NCBI GenBank assembly: GCA_002269645.1
Contig: NIVC01000247.1
Span: 558,001-622,000, forward strand
DNA: 64,000 nucleotides
Source of the DNA: Macrostomum lignano
Lineage: Eukaryota
Direction of reading: 5' to 3'
The first letter of the stretch is position 1, and the number at the start of each line of letters is the position of its first letter. The position numbers were made by a program, and so were the translations under genes. The notes beneath the pieces were generated by a model, which was not told the DNA's origin, did not search any database, and worked only from the letters and a program-made list of their open reading frames with translations. This document shows positions 26,291-38,300 of this stretch, one piece after another.

Positions 26291-27899
26291 ATAAAATGAA
26301 TATTGCGATACAGAAAGTAGTTTGGCCCTTGACAAACCTATTAAAGTGATCGAAGGTTTCAAAACTATTGATCCCTATGTGCCTATCGCCGGTTGGTGAG
26401 TCCTACCAAACTTTCTCCAAATAGTCGCAGGTAAGGTAAATGAATAACGCGGATAAAATAATTCCAGATTGATTTCGATTGAGTAATAGCTCGATTTTGA
26501 TACTAACTGCTGATGAAAAATGGGCTTTTAAATCGTATACTTGACTCTCGATAAATTCACTCAAGATTAGATTATTCGATTCGCAATTTACCGAAATTTG
26601 GCAATCAGATTTTACGACTAACGAAGAAGCTCCTACTTCTGGCCTAATCCCGAGGTCCTACTCTCAGCACAGGAAACTCACGGCTTGACAATCCCGCAGA
26701 TCCCCCGGCCAAATCCTACTAGGTCGAGAGGTCGAGAGGAGTCAAAACCAAGAGCTCCTATCTAGACCGCGCTTGCCAGCAACAAACTCAAACGAGGTCG
26801 CCGCGAGTGTTACGCTAGCAAGGCTACGAGCGTAGTGCGGTCGGGCAGGGGAAAAGATATGGGCCGGGGTTCGAATTTTGATCTCCCTGCGCGACAACAC
26901 AACACCAGCTGCCCGTAGTCACCAGGGGTTAGCGGAATGGGGGCGGCAACGCCTCCTCGCTGTATCAGGATGCACCATAGATCTTATATTCCCTAAATAG
27001 ACCACTTTGTATGGCGGTAATAGGGAAAGTGCGACCGCTGTTTTTCGTCACTTGTGCGAAAAAGCCGTTATGGGTTGCTTATAAATTTGAGTTCAGTAGC
27101 TTAGGGACATAGACGCTATTTTTGAGAATTTATCAGAACTTCTCATGGATTGAATAAAAAGCTACTCAATCAAACTAAAAATGATTCATGCACTGCAGAG
27201 ACTACTGGCGAAATTGAGTTCAGTAGTTTATTTTTTTGCTGTCGCAAGAAGCAAAATTTTTTACATTATCTTCTATGGCCACATAAGTAATTAATGAGTG
27301 GCCCATCTTGTGTATATATGAATGATCTTTGGGTTGCACGGAGCCCCCTGCAGCTGAGTTGAATCTAATTTCATAGTTGCTGCAGGTTATTAATTAGTTA
27401 TTCAATCATGTTAGTTAGCACGCTTAAATACTCGTAATAAGCTTTGTAAACGAAAATAACTTAGAGTTTTTTTGTGAAAATGCGTTGCAAACATTAAATT
27501 TTCAAGTTACCACAACGCGGAATTAAGTGAAATGTTTTGAGTTGCAGCAGTCGCATCTCCGAATAATTTTCTCTCACGTTAGGAGAGCGGCACTGAAGGA
27601 TTTCAATGCGATCTCAAGGCACTGACGACCAGCCTTAGCATTAGGATTAAAATATTTGACAGAGTTTCATGACATTGAGTCACAATCGCAAAAACTCTCC
27701 AATAGGAAAACCCGAAAACGAAAGGTTTCAAATTCAAAAGTCCATTGCAGTCATTGCAATCAATGAGTCACCACATTCCCATACCCGTGCTCGTTGATGC
27801 AGCAGCAGCTCTTCGGCAGGCTCCACCCCGCTCCCGCCGACGCCGCGGGTGTCGGAGCCGCTGTGGAGGCAGGCTGTGGCCACTGCAGCAGCGTTCCTG

Positions 27900-28900
27900 C
27901 CGGCCTCTGCACCCGCACGCAGTTGTCGACGTGACACCGAGAGCCGATTCTCGAGATCTTCAGCGGTTCGGACAACTGACTGCTCAGATTGCCACGCGAA
28001 AACGGCCGACCCAGTCGCTGATCTTTAACACCTTTGAATGCTTGGTCTCGTCCACGGTGTGCACCAGATCGCCGTCCCTGTCGGATCTCTGCTCGCGGTA
28101 GTTGACCGACAGTACCACCTGTCCCAGCACGTCGATAGCCTTGCCGTTGTACGCGATGAGCTTCCTATTGGATGCTGCAGCGGCGCCTTGGTCCCGAGCT
28201 TCCGGTAGGTCCTCTCCGATAGAATGCACACTTTCGCGCTCGAGTCGACCAGCAGGCACAGCCAGCAGCCCTGGACTTTCAGCCGGCACCTGATGTCGGG
28301 ACTGGCAGTACCGCCCACGGTGAACACCTCACGGCTGCTCTCGTCTCCGACCTTGGCCATCTTGGTGCCCTGCGACCTGCACATCCTGCTAAAATGGCTC
28401 TGCTTGCCACAGGAATAACAGGACTTGCCTTCAGCTGGACCATCCATCTCATCCATCATGCCGCCGAACTCGCACGAGCTGGCCATCGCGTACATCGCTG
28501 CCACTAAGTCAGCGGTTTTCTCACCCTCGCAGTCGAAACCTGTAGCGCTCCGCCACCACTTTGATCTTGCCATCAAACTGCTCCTTCAGCAGCTTCACGG
28601 TCCTCATCAAATCATAGCGGTGTCTGTTCACCATCCAAATTCTGAGGTGGCGGTGTCTGCGTCGCAGTCAAGATCCGCTGTCCTTCAGCACCCAGGCAGT
28701 GCAGAAGCGATTGGCTCGCTTTTTCGCGTCTGGTAGAGTGTCGACGTCCGATGCCAAAAGTTAATTGTCAAACAGGCTTATTCACATCCATTTCACGGCC
28801 CGATTTGAGGCAGGAATTGCTCTAGTGGCAAGATGTTGATCGGTGGCACCTCCGATGTTCCAGAAGCTGTCGTTGACTGGGAGATTCCGAGCACTGTGAA
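27900..28900 (-). pseudogene. Degenerate Gypsy-type LTR retrotransposon gag-protease relic
   Basis: Gag-like LHCLGAEGQRIL and KIKVVAERYRF, zinc knuckle CYSCGKQSHFSRMC, protease-like LLVDSSAKVCIL. Stops and frameshifts present; no LTR or RT seen. Confidence 0.75.
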
Positions 28901-29539
28901 ATTTTGCTATTTGGCGCTTGTTTACTTTGCAGTGGCGGCCTTCCTAGTAGTCTGGGCTGGCACTCGACTTAGTGAAAACTCCCGCGCTTAAACTCACCAA
29001 GGACTACTAGACTAGACTAGATCTAGTGTTCCTAGTGGTCCTTGACACTCACATCTAAAATGAGTTTCACACGAAGACACGTGAACACACGAAGAAGTAA
29101 TCTTCCATCTTATTTTTCATTTCTGGTATTTTATCAACAAAGTCGTGAAGCCTCCTGGGAGAAATTCTCGGCTCAGATAAAAACCACCATTCTGCGAATT
29201 TTTCTGATGTCTTTAAAAATATTCTTCTCTTCGTAACGTTGCCTCCTACTGCGGCTCTTGGGCATTGTTCCCAGAAAGACAGTTGCCATGTGATTCAGAG
29301 GATGACAACAGAACGGCGCTGTGTGTCAGTTCTTCTATCAGTGTTTGCTCATTAAAAAAACGATGACTTCTATACTTTATATGCCTTGGTTTCACAATGC
29401 TCTGCAGTTTCAAGCAGAAAAACTAGGCTAGTTGAGCCAGTATCAGACTAAAAAAGAGATCTCAAAGATTTTGGCAGGTTGAAGCCTTGTCGCTTGTTGT
29501 CGCTGATGTCGCTGTCCACACAGGTTCAGGACGTCGCCT

Positions 29540-30205
29540 AGCTAGAAAGAGAGCGCCAGCTCCAGTTCCAGCCGATATTGCAGCCAAGCGTCAGAAACTT
29601 CAACCATAGGACCAATGGGTCCGTAGGGTCCCATCGAGCCGCCAGGGCCGCCCATGCCCTTGGGTCCTGGGCCGTCGCCGCCGCCAGCCCCAGCAGGACT
29701 CTTGGAGGGCTTTGAAGACGCGGCCTGCGGCTGCTTTCGTGCTGCTGCTGCTGCTGCAACTTCGGTCCGCTGCCGCCGCCCATCATGGGTCCCATCATGG
29801 GACCCCAGGGCCCCATGGCACCGTCTGACATCATCATAGCGCCGGGAGGGCCGCCCATGTTGGCCTCCATGCCGCGACTGCTGCTGCTCGCGAAGGTGCG
29901 CGCTGGCCAGCTCCTCCTTGGTGAGGCCTTTCTTCACGTCCGTGATGCTGACTGAGCCTCCAGCGCGCAGCAGGTGAGGCTTGTACAGCATCACTTTGTC
30001 CACGGGGTCATAGTCATCGAACACGACGAAGCCGAAGCCGCGACTGACTCCCGTGGCGTCGACAATGGTGCCGTAGGCTGAGAAAGTCCCGCAGCTGCTG
30101 GTCGGTGACGTCCTTGCGAAGAGCGCCGACAAGCAGCTTCTTGGTGGTGATGTGCGCCTCCGGGTTGTTGGCTTCTTCGCGGGGCATCGCGCGCTTCGTC
30201 TCGAC
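29540..30205 (-). pseudogene. hnRNP A/B-family exon (end of RRM1, RRM2, Gly/Met-rich tail), frameshifted
   Basis: VETKR..MPREEANNPEAHITTKKLLVGALRKD, RNP1 RGFGFVVFDDYDPVDK, VKKGLTKEE. Splice acceptor at 30206-30207, frameshifts, and an apparent short deletion in RRM2. Confidence 0.75.
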
Positions 30206-30262
30206 CTGGGGCGATTTGGGGGCGATTTTTTTGAGCGATTTCCAGTGCCAGTTCAGGCGATT

Positions 30263-31130
30263 CAGTTAACCAGCTCTGCTCAGCAGGCAGTTGAGCAGCA
30301 GATTCTGAGCCAGTTAACCAGCTCTGCTCAGCAGGCAGTTGAGCAGCAGATTCTGAGCCAGTTAACCAGCTCTGCTCAGCAGGCAGTTGAGCAGCAGATT
30401 CTGAGCCAGTTAACCAGCTCTGCTCAGCAGGCAGTTGAGCAGCAGATTCTGAGCCAGTTAACCAGCTCTGCTCAGCAGGCAGTTGAGCAGCAGATTCTGA
30501 GCCAGTTAACCAGCTGTGCTCAGCAGGCAGTTGAGCAGCAGATTCTGAGCCAGTTAACCAGCTCTGCTCAGCAGGCAGTTAAGCAGCAGATTCTGAGCCA
30601 GTTAACCAGCTCTGCTCAGCAGGCAGTTGAGCAGCAGATTCTGAGCCAGTTAACCAGCTCTGCTCAGCAGGCAGTTGAGCAGCTGATTCTGAGCCAGTTA
30701 ACCAGCTCTGCTCAGCAGGCAGTTAAGCAGCAGATTCTGAGCCAGCTAACCAGCTCTGCTCAGCAGGCAGTTGAGCAGCAGATTCTGAGCCAGTTAACCA
30801 GCTCTGCTCAGCAGGCAGTTGAGCAGCTGATTCTGAGCCAGTTAACCAGCTCTGCTCAGCAGGCAGTTGAGCAGCAGATTCTGAGCCAGTTAACCAGCTC
30901 TGCTCAGCAGGCAGTTGAGCAGCTGATTCTGAGCCAGTTAACCAGCTCTGCTCAGCAGGCAGTTGAGCAGCAGATTCTGAGCCAGTTAACCAGCTCTGCT
31001 CAGCAGGCAGTTGAGCAGCAGATTCTGAGCCAGCTAACCAGCTCTGCTCAGCAGGCAGTTGAGCAGCTGATTCTGAGCCAGTTAACCAGCTCTGCTCAGC
31101 AGGCAGTTAAGCAGCAGATTCTGAGCCAGC
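30263..31130. repeat. 48-bp tandem repeat, about 18 copies
   Basis: CAGTTAACCAGCTCTGCTCAGCAGGCAGTTGAGCAGCAGATTCTGAGC. Confidence 0.95.
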
Positions 31131-31139
31131 TCCGGCACC

Positions 31140-31592
31140 CTGACATCTAGAGGGTGTCAGATGGGGCTCCAATCTAGAGGGTGTCAGATGGGACTCCAAT
31201 CTAGAGGGTGTCAGATGGGACTCCAATCTAGAGGGTGTCAGATGGGGCTCCAATCTAGAGGCTGTCAGATGGGGCTCCAATCTGGAGGGTGTCAGATGGG
31301 GCTCCAATCTAGAGGGTGTCAGATGGGGCGCCAATCTAGAGGATGCCAGATGGGGCGCCAATCTAGAGGGTGTCAGATGGGACACCAATCTAGAGGGTGT
31401 CAGATGGGGCGCCAATCTAGAGGGTGCCAGATGGGACACCAATCTAGAGGGTGTCAGATGGGGCGCCAATCTAGAGGGTGCCAGATGGGACACCAATCTA
31501 GAGGGTGTCAGATGGGGCGCCAATCTAGAGGGTGCCAGATGGGGCGCCAATATAGAGGGTGTCAGATGGGGCTCAAATCTAGAGGGTGTCAG
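31140..31592. repeat. 27-bp minisatellite, about 17 copies
   Basis: ATGGGGCGCCAATCTAGAGGGTGTCAG. Confidence 0.95.
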
Positions 31593-31702
31593 ATAAGAAC
31601 TACAAGCTAGTCGTTGGTGTCAAGTCGCACCAATCTTCCTTGTCAGAGGACTTCAATCTCAAGTTTCGATGATGCAATTGCTGACACAAAAGCCAATTTC
31701 TG

Positions 31703-32030
31703 ATGGTGACTGTAGGGATGGTGACTGTAGGGATGGTGACTGTAAAGATGGTGACTGTAGGGATGGTGACTGTAGGGATGGTGACTGTAGGGATGGTGAC
31801 TGTAGGGATGGTGACTGTAGGGATGGTGACTGCAAGGATGGTGACTGTAGGGATGGTGACTGTAGGGATGGTGACTGTAGGGATGGTGACTGTAGGGATG
31901 GTGACTGTAGGGATGGTGACTGCAAGGATGGTGACTGTAGGGATGGTGACTGTAGGGATGCTGACTGTAGGGATGGTGACTGTAGGGATGGTGACTGTAG
32001 GGATGGTGACTGTAGGGATGGTGACTGTAG
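31703..32030. repeat. 15-bp minisatellite, about 22 copies
   Basis: GGATGGTGACTGTAG. Confidence 0.95.
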
Positions 32031-33299
32031 AGACTGTCTGATACATGCATCTGATTTGTCTCCCTGATTCATGTTGTCTAAAACTAATGATGCAGCTTCT
32101 GTCCCAATGCTTCATTGATTGAAGTTGGCGGAAGCAACTGTACTTCAATCTCTGTGGCTTCCATAAAAGAAACGTAAGTGACCAATTGGTACAGCTCCAC
32201 TAACAACCAATCCATTCCATCAGATTTTTATAGCTCTACTAAAAACCAATCCATTCCACTAGAGAGCCTGAGAAGTGGGCCTTTATGATGGAGAATCGCC
32301 TCTGGCCAATCGCACTGAATCGAACCACAGTTCATGCAATTTTTCGTTTTTTTCGAAGACGCATTTCGGCTGAGCTGCTCAGCCTCTCAACTGCAGTCTC
32401 GGGCTTCATCAGTTGTTTACCATTAAAGTGCAGCCGAGCTCTGGCAGCCTATCTCTCTTCTATCCAGCTCTCGGCCGCAGCAATGCACTGCATTTTGCAG
32501 TCCTGCTAACAATGGCTGTTAACAATAGTTATTTATGACAGAATAACGCAGTCTTGAGGCGTATAGGGAGCGGGTGGGTAGAGAGGCCAGCTCAAACTCA
32601 AGCAGCAATTATCTCTGCTCGCTCGCTATTCTCAGGCCAGCACACGGCTCTGCCAGCCTCCCTGCGGTTTAAAGGCCAGCTCTGTCCAGGCTTTGCGGTT
32701 GCCGGGGGCAACCAGCAGTGCTGTACTCAGTCTGTTTTGAGTAGTCAGCTGGGTGGGGCTGCATTCTAGCTGGACTTGTTTATTGCATCTGAGACAGGGG
32801 TTACGGGGGGTTGGGTGGTTCGAGAGGCCAGTATGGGGTGATTACGAACTCGAAAAGTTTTCTCTTTGCCAGCTTGTATCACGCCAGACTATCGCACTGC
32901 GAGTGCTGAGCTGGGTGGGGCCGTTCCAGATGAAGGTCAGAGACTGCGAGCGCATTTTCAGTGATTTGTTTTTGCAATGTTGCCTCAGGCGCTGCTCTTC
33001 AGCTGCAGTGTCTGGAGCGGCAGGTCAAGACAAGATTTTGGCGCTGCGGTTTCTTAAACAGCAGAACGCATATAAATCAGAGATGAAGCGCATCTGCAGG
33101 CTCTTAAATAAATCAGTATTCACAGGAGCGCTGCGGGCTCTCTGGCGCAACGCTTTCGGCGGCATCGTGACGCAACCAGTGCTGACGGCGACTCCTGAGC
33201 CATGCAAGCGCGCCAATGCTGTACGCACGCACAGCACTCATGCACACGCTCACACAGGGTGTACAGCGGCTCCGACTTTCTTATCCTGTCAGGCATGTA

Positions 33300-33480
33300 C
33301 ACTTTCTGTGCCTTGGGGGCCGGCCGGCTGCGAATCACACTAAAACTCATTGGGCCAAATTTTCCTGCTCACACAAGCCCGAGTGAGTGCGGCCGCGCTC
33401 GGAATCGAACCCAGGGTCACGGTGGGAGAATCCGGCGAGTTTGGCGCTGCTCTGCCCGTGTTCGCAAACCCTTTGCTCAA
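33300..33480 (-). mobile_element. Possible tRNA-derived SINE head
   Basis: The minus strand has a B-box GGGTTCGATTCC (33401-33412) preceded by a degenerate tRNA-like segment. Not a complete cloverleaf; boundaries uncertain. Confidence 0.45.
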
Positions 33481-33511
33481 ATTCAGTTGCAATTCAACTA
33501 ATCCGACTGGG

Positions 33512-34010
33512 AGCGCCCCTGTCTCTTGCCGGGCACCCCTGTCTCTTGCCGGGTACCCCTGTCTCTTGCCGGGCACCCCTGTCTCTTGCCGGGCACCCCT
33601 GTCTCTTGCCGGGCACCCCTGTCTCTTGCCGGGCACCCCTGTCTCTTGCCGGGCGCCCCTGTCTCTTGCCGGGCACCCCTGTCTCTTGCCGGGTACCCCT
33701 GTCTCTTGCCGGGCAATCCTGTCTCTTGCCGGGCACCCCTGTCTCTTGCCGGGCGCCCCTGTCTCTTGCCGGGCACCCCTGTCTCTTGCCGGGCACCCCT
33801 GTCTCTTGCCGGGCACCCCTGTCTCTTGCCGGGCGCCCCTGTCTCTTGCCGGGCACCCCTGTCTCTTGCCGGGCGCCCCTGTCTCTTGCCGGGCATCCCT
33901 GTCTCTTGCCGGGCACCCCTGTCTCTTGTCGAGCACCCCTGTCTCTTGCCGGGCACCCCTGTCTCTTGCCGGGCATCCCTGTCTCTTGCCGGGCACCCCT
34001 GTCTCTTGCC
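33512..34010. repeat. 20-bp minisatellite, about 25 copies
   Basis: GCCGGGCACCCCTGTCTCTT. Confidence 0.95.
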
Positions 34011-34657
34011 ACAGAGGCCGGTTGCCACCTGTTCAAAACATGAAACAGAAGGAGCGGCAGTGATGAGAGGCTTCTGCAGAAAAGCGAAAGAATTTCAATA
34101 TTATTGCCGCTAAATGCACTCGCCTAATTCAACCCAGCAGACTCTCAACTGCCTGAGCTGCGCACGAGAGGAACAGGTGAAAGCATAGGAGAGTCGGGAG
34201 AGAGCCAGAGCCCTGTTGCCAGCCAGCCAATGCTCTGCAGCTGCTGCAGTTACGAAGGCCAGTGGGCAGAGTGAGAGAGAAAACTGGCCCAGTTTAGCAA
34301 TGCATTTTCTGTACATTTGACCGCCTCCTCAAACCGATGCACTGCGGGACTGAGCAGCATTTTACACCGCTCAGTGGGCCATTAAATGCATTTAAAGATC
34401 TCACACTGCACTCAGGCACAATGGGTCAGCTCAGCCTCATCAAGTACACCTTGGGGTGGCCGCTGCAGCCGCAGTCTCTCCGTTGCCATGCTGGGTGCAC
34501 AGAGGCAAAAGCGCTCACGCTCGGGAGAGAAGTTTCGGTTGCTGAGGCCGGGTGGTCAAGGGGTGGCCTCGCCAGAGGCTGCAAAAATGTGAGCAGCTGA
34601 GGAATGAGGCGTTAAAAATTTTCTGGCAACCCGCTGCACAAACCTTTGAAACACCTG

Positions 34658-35225
34658 CCACTCTGACAGCAGCCGTGACTGACATCTGCCACTCTGACAG
34701 CAGCCGTGACTGACATCTTCCACTCTGACAGCAGCCGTGACTCACATCTGCCACTCTGACAGCAGCCGTGACTGACATCTTCCACTCTGACCGCAGCCGT
34801 GACTGACAATTGCCACTCTGACAGCAGCCGTGACTGACACCTGCCACTCTGACAGCAGCCGTGACTGACATCTGCCACTCTGACAGCAGCCGTGACTGAC
34901 ATCTGCCACTCTGACAGCAGCCGTGACTGACATCTTCCACTCTGACAGCAGCCGTGACTGACATCTTCCACTCTGACAGCAGCCGTGACTGACATCTGCC
35001 ACTCTGACAGCAGCCGTGACTGACATCTTCCACTCTGACAGCAGCCGTGACTGACATCTGCCACTCTGACAGCAGCCGTGACTGACATCTGCCACTCTGA
35101 CAGCAGCCGTGACTCACATCTGCCACTCTGACAGCAGCCGTGACTGACATCTGCCACTCTGACAGCAGCCGTGACTGACATCTGCCACTCTGACAGCAGC
35201 CGTGACTGACATCTGCCACTCTGAC
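34658..35225. repeat. 31-bp minisatellite, about 18 copies, ending about 90 bp upstream of the ANK-Mab21 ATG
   Basis: CCACTCTGACAGCAGCCGTGACTGACATCTG. Confidence 0.95.
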
Positions 35226-35315
35226 ATCTTGTTTCCCTCTTCCTCCCTCTTTCTCCCTTCCTCTCTCTTATTTTCTCCTACTAGACTTTTCTTATCCATA
35301 CCGCTCTCCAGAACA

Positions 35316-38300
35316 ATGGGCCAAAATCAAAGCCGACATAAGCAAGCGACCACCGAAAACATTACTGCTGCAGCACGGAAAGGTCGCTTTCAAGACGTCA
35401 AGTTTCTCCTCTCACAAATCAATGACCAATCAAACAGGGACACCTGCTGCATCAAAGCTGCCGAAAATGCTGCAGACAATGGTCACTTTGAAATCGTCAA
35501 GTTTCTCCTCTCACAAATCAATGACCAATCAAACAGGGACACCTGCTGCATCAAAGCTGCCGAAAAAGCTGCACTCCGTGGTCACTTTGAAATCGTCAAG
35601 TTTCTCCTCTCACAAATCAATGACCAATCAAACAGGGACACCTGCTGCATCAAAGCTGCCGAAAATGCTGCAAACAATGGTCACTTTGAAATCGTCAAGT
35701 TTCTCCTCTCACAAATCAATGACCAATCAAACAGGGACACCTGCTGCATCAAAGCTGCCGAAAATGCTGCAAACAATGGTCACTTTGAAATCGTCAAGTT
35801 TCTCCTCTCACAAATCAATGACCAATCAAACAGGGACACCTGCTGCATCAAAGCTGCCGAAAATGCTGCACTCCGTGGTCACTTTGAAATCGTCAAGTTT
35901 TTCCTGTCACAAATCAATGACCAATCAAACAGGGACACCTGCTGCATCAAAGCTGCCGAAAAGCTGCACTCCGTGGTCACTTTGAAATCGTCAAGTTTCT
36001 CCTCTCACAAATCAATGACCAATCAAACAGGGACACCTGCTGCATCAAAGCTGCCGAAAATGCTGCAAACAATGGTCACTTTGAAATCGTCAAGTTTCTC
36101 CTCTCACAAATCAATGACCAATCAAACAGGGACACCTGCTGCATCAAAGCTGCCGAAAATGCTGCAATGGTCACTTTGAAATCGTCAAGTTTCTCGTCCC
36201 ACAAATCAATGACCAATCAAACAGGGACACCTGCTGCATCAAAGCTGCCGAAAATGCTGCAAACAATGGTCACTTTGAAATCGTCAAGTTTCTCCTCTCA
36301 CAAATCAATGACCAATCAAACAGGGACACCTGCTGCATCAAAGCTGCCGAAAATGCTGCACTCCGTGGTCACTTTGAAATCGTCAAGTTTCTCCTCTCAC
36401 AAATCAATGACCAATCAAACAGGGACACCTGCTGCATCAAAGCTGCCGAAAATGCTGCACTCCGTGGTCACTTTGAAATCGTCAAGTTTCTCCTCTCACA
36501 AATCAATGACCAATCAAACAGGGACACCTGCTGCATCAAAGCTGCCGAAAATGCTGCACTCCGTGGTCACTTTGAAATCGTCAAGTTTCTCCTCTCACAA
36601 ATCAATGACCAATCAAACAGGGACACCTGCTGCATCAAAGCTGCCGAAAATGCTGCAGACAATGGTCACTTTGAAATCGTCAAGTTTCTCGTCCCACAAA
36701 TCAATGACCAATCAAACAGGGACACCTGCTGCATCAAAGCTGCCGAAAAGCTGCACTCCGTGGTCACTTTGAAATCGTCAAGTTTCTCCTCTCACAAATC
36801 AATGACCAATCAAACAGGGACACCTGCTGCATCAAAGCTGCCGAAAATGCTGCACTCCGTGGTCACTTTGAAATCGTCAAGTTTCTCCTCTCACAAATCA
36901 ATGACCAATCAAACAGGGACACCTGCTGCATCAAAGCTGCCGAAAATGCTGCAGACAATGATCACTTTGAAATCGTCAAGTTTCTCGTCCCTCAAATCAA
37001 TGACCAATCAAACAGGGACACCTGCTGCATCAAAGCTGCCGAAAAAGCTGCAAAAGATGATGACTTTGAAAGCGTCAAGTTTCTCCTCTCACAAATCAAT
37101 GACCAATCAAACAGGGACACCTGCTGCATCAAAGCTGCCGAAAATGCTGCAAAGAAGGGTCACTTTGAAATCGTCAAGTTTCTCCTCTCACAAATCAATG
37201 ACCAATCAAACAGGGACACCTGCTGCATCAAAGCTGCCGAAAATGCTGCACTCCGTGGTCACTTTGAAATCGTCAAGTTTCTCCTCTCACAAATCAATGA
37301 CCAATCAAACAGGGACACCTGCTGCATCAAAGCTGCCGAAAATGCTGCACTCCGTGGTCACTTTGAAATCGTCAAGTTTCTCCTCTCACAAATCAATGAC
37401 CAATCAAACAGGGACACCTGCTGCATCAAAGCTGCCGAAAATGCTGCACTCCGTGGTCACTTTGAAATCGTCAAGTTTCTCCTCTCACAAATCAATGACC
37501 AATCAAACAGGGACACCTGCTGCATCAAAGCTGCCGAAAATGCTGCAGACAATGGTCACTTTGAAATCGTCAAGTTTCTCTCCACAAATCAATGACCAAT
37601 CAAACAGGGACACCTGCTGCATCAATGCCGCCGAAAAAGCTGCACTCCGTGGTCACTTTGAAATCGTCAAGTTTCTCCTCTCACAAATCAATGACCAATC
37701 AAACAGGGACACCTGCTGCATCAAAGCTGCCGAAAATGCTGCACTCCGTGGTCACTTTGAAATCGTCAAGTTTCTCCTCTCACAAATCAATGACCAATCA
37801 AACAGGGACACCTGCTGCATCAAAGCTGCCGAAAATGCTGCAGACAATGATCACTTTGAAATCGTCAAGTTTCTCGTCCCTCAAATCAATGACCAATCAA
37901 ACAGGGACACCTGCTGCATCAAAGCTGCCGAAAAAGCTGCAAAAGATGATGACTTTGAAAGCGTCAAGTTTCTCCTCTCACAAATCAATGACCAATCAAA
38001 CAGGGACACCTGCTGCATCAAAGCTGCCAAAAATGCTGCAAAGAAGGGTCACTTTGAAATCGTCAAGTTTCTCCTCTCACAAATCAATGACCAATCAAAC
38101 AGGGACACCTGCTGCATCAAAGCTGCCGAAAATGCTGCACTCCGTGGTCACTTTGAAATCGTCAAGTTTCTCCTCTCACAAATCAATGACCAATCAAACA
38201 GGGACACCTGCTGCATCAAAGCTGCCGAAAATGCTGCAGACAATGGTCACTTTGAAATCGTCAAGTTTCTCGTCCCACAAATCAATGACCAATCAAACAG

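Noticed and set aside
33395-33470. Functional tRNA gene
   Set aside because: Only the T-arm/B-box is intact; acceptor and D stems cannot be formed. Treated as a possible SINE head.
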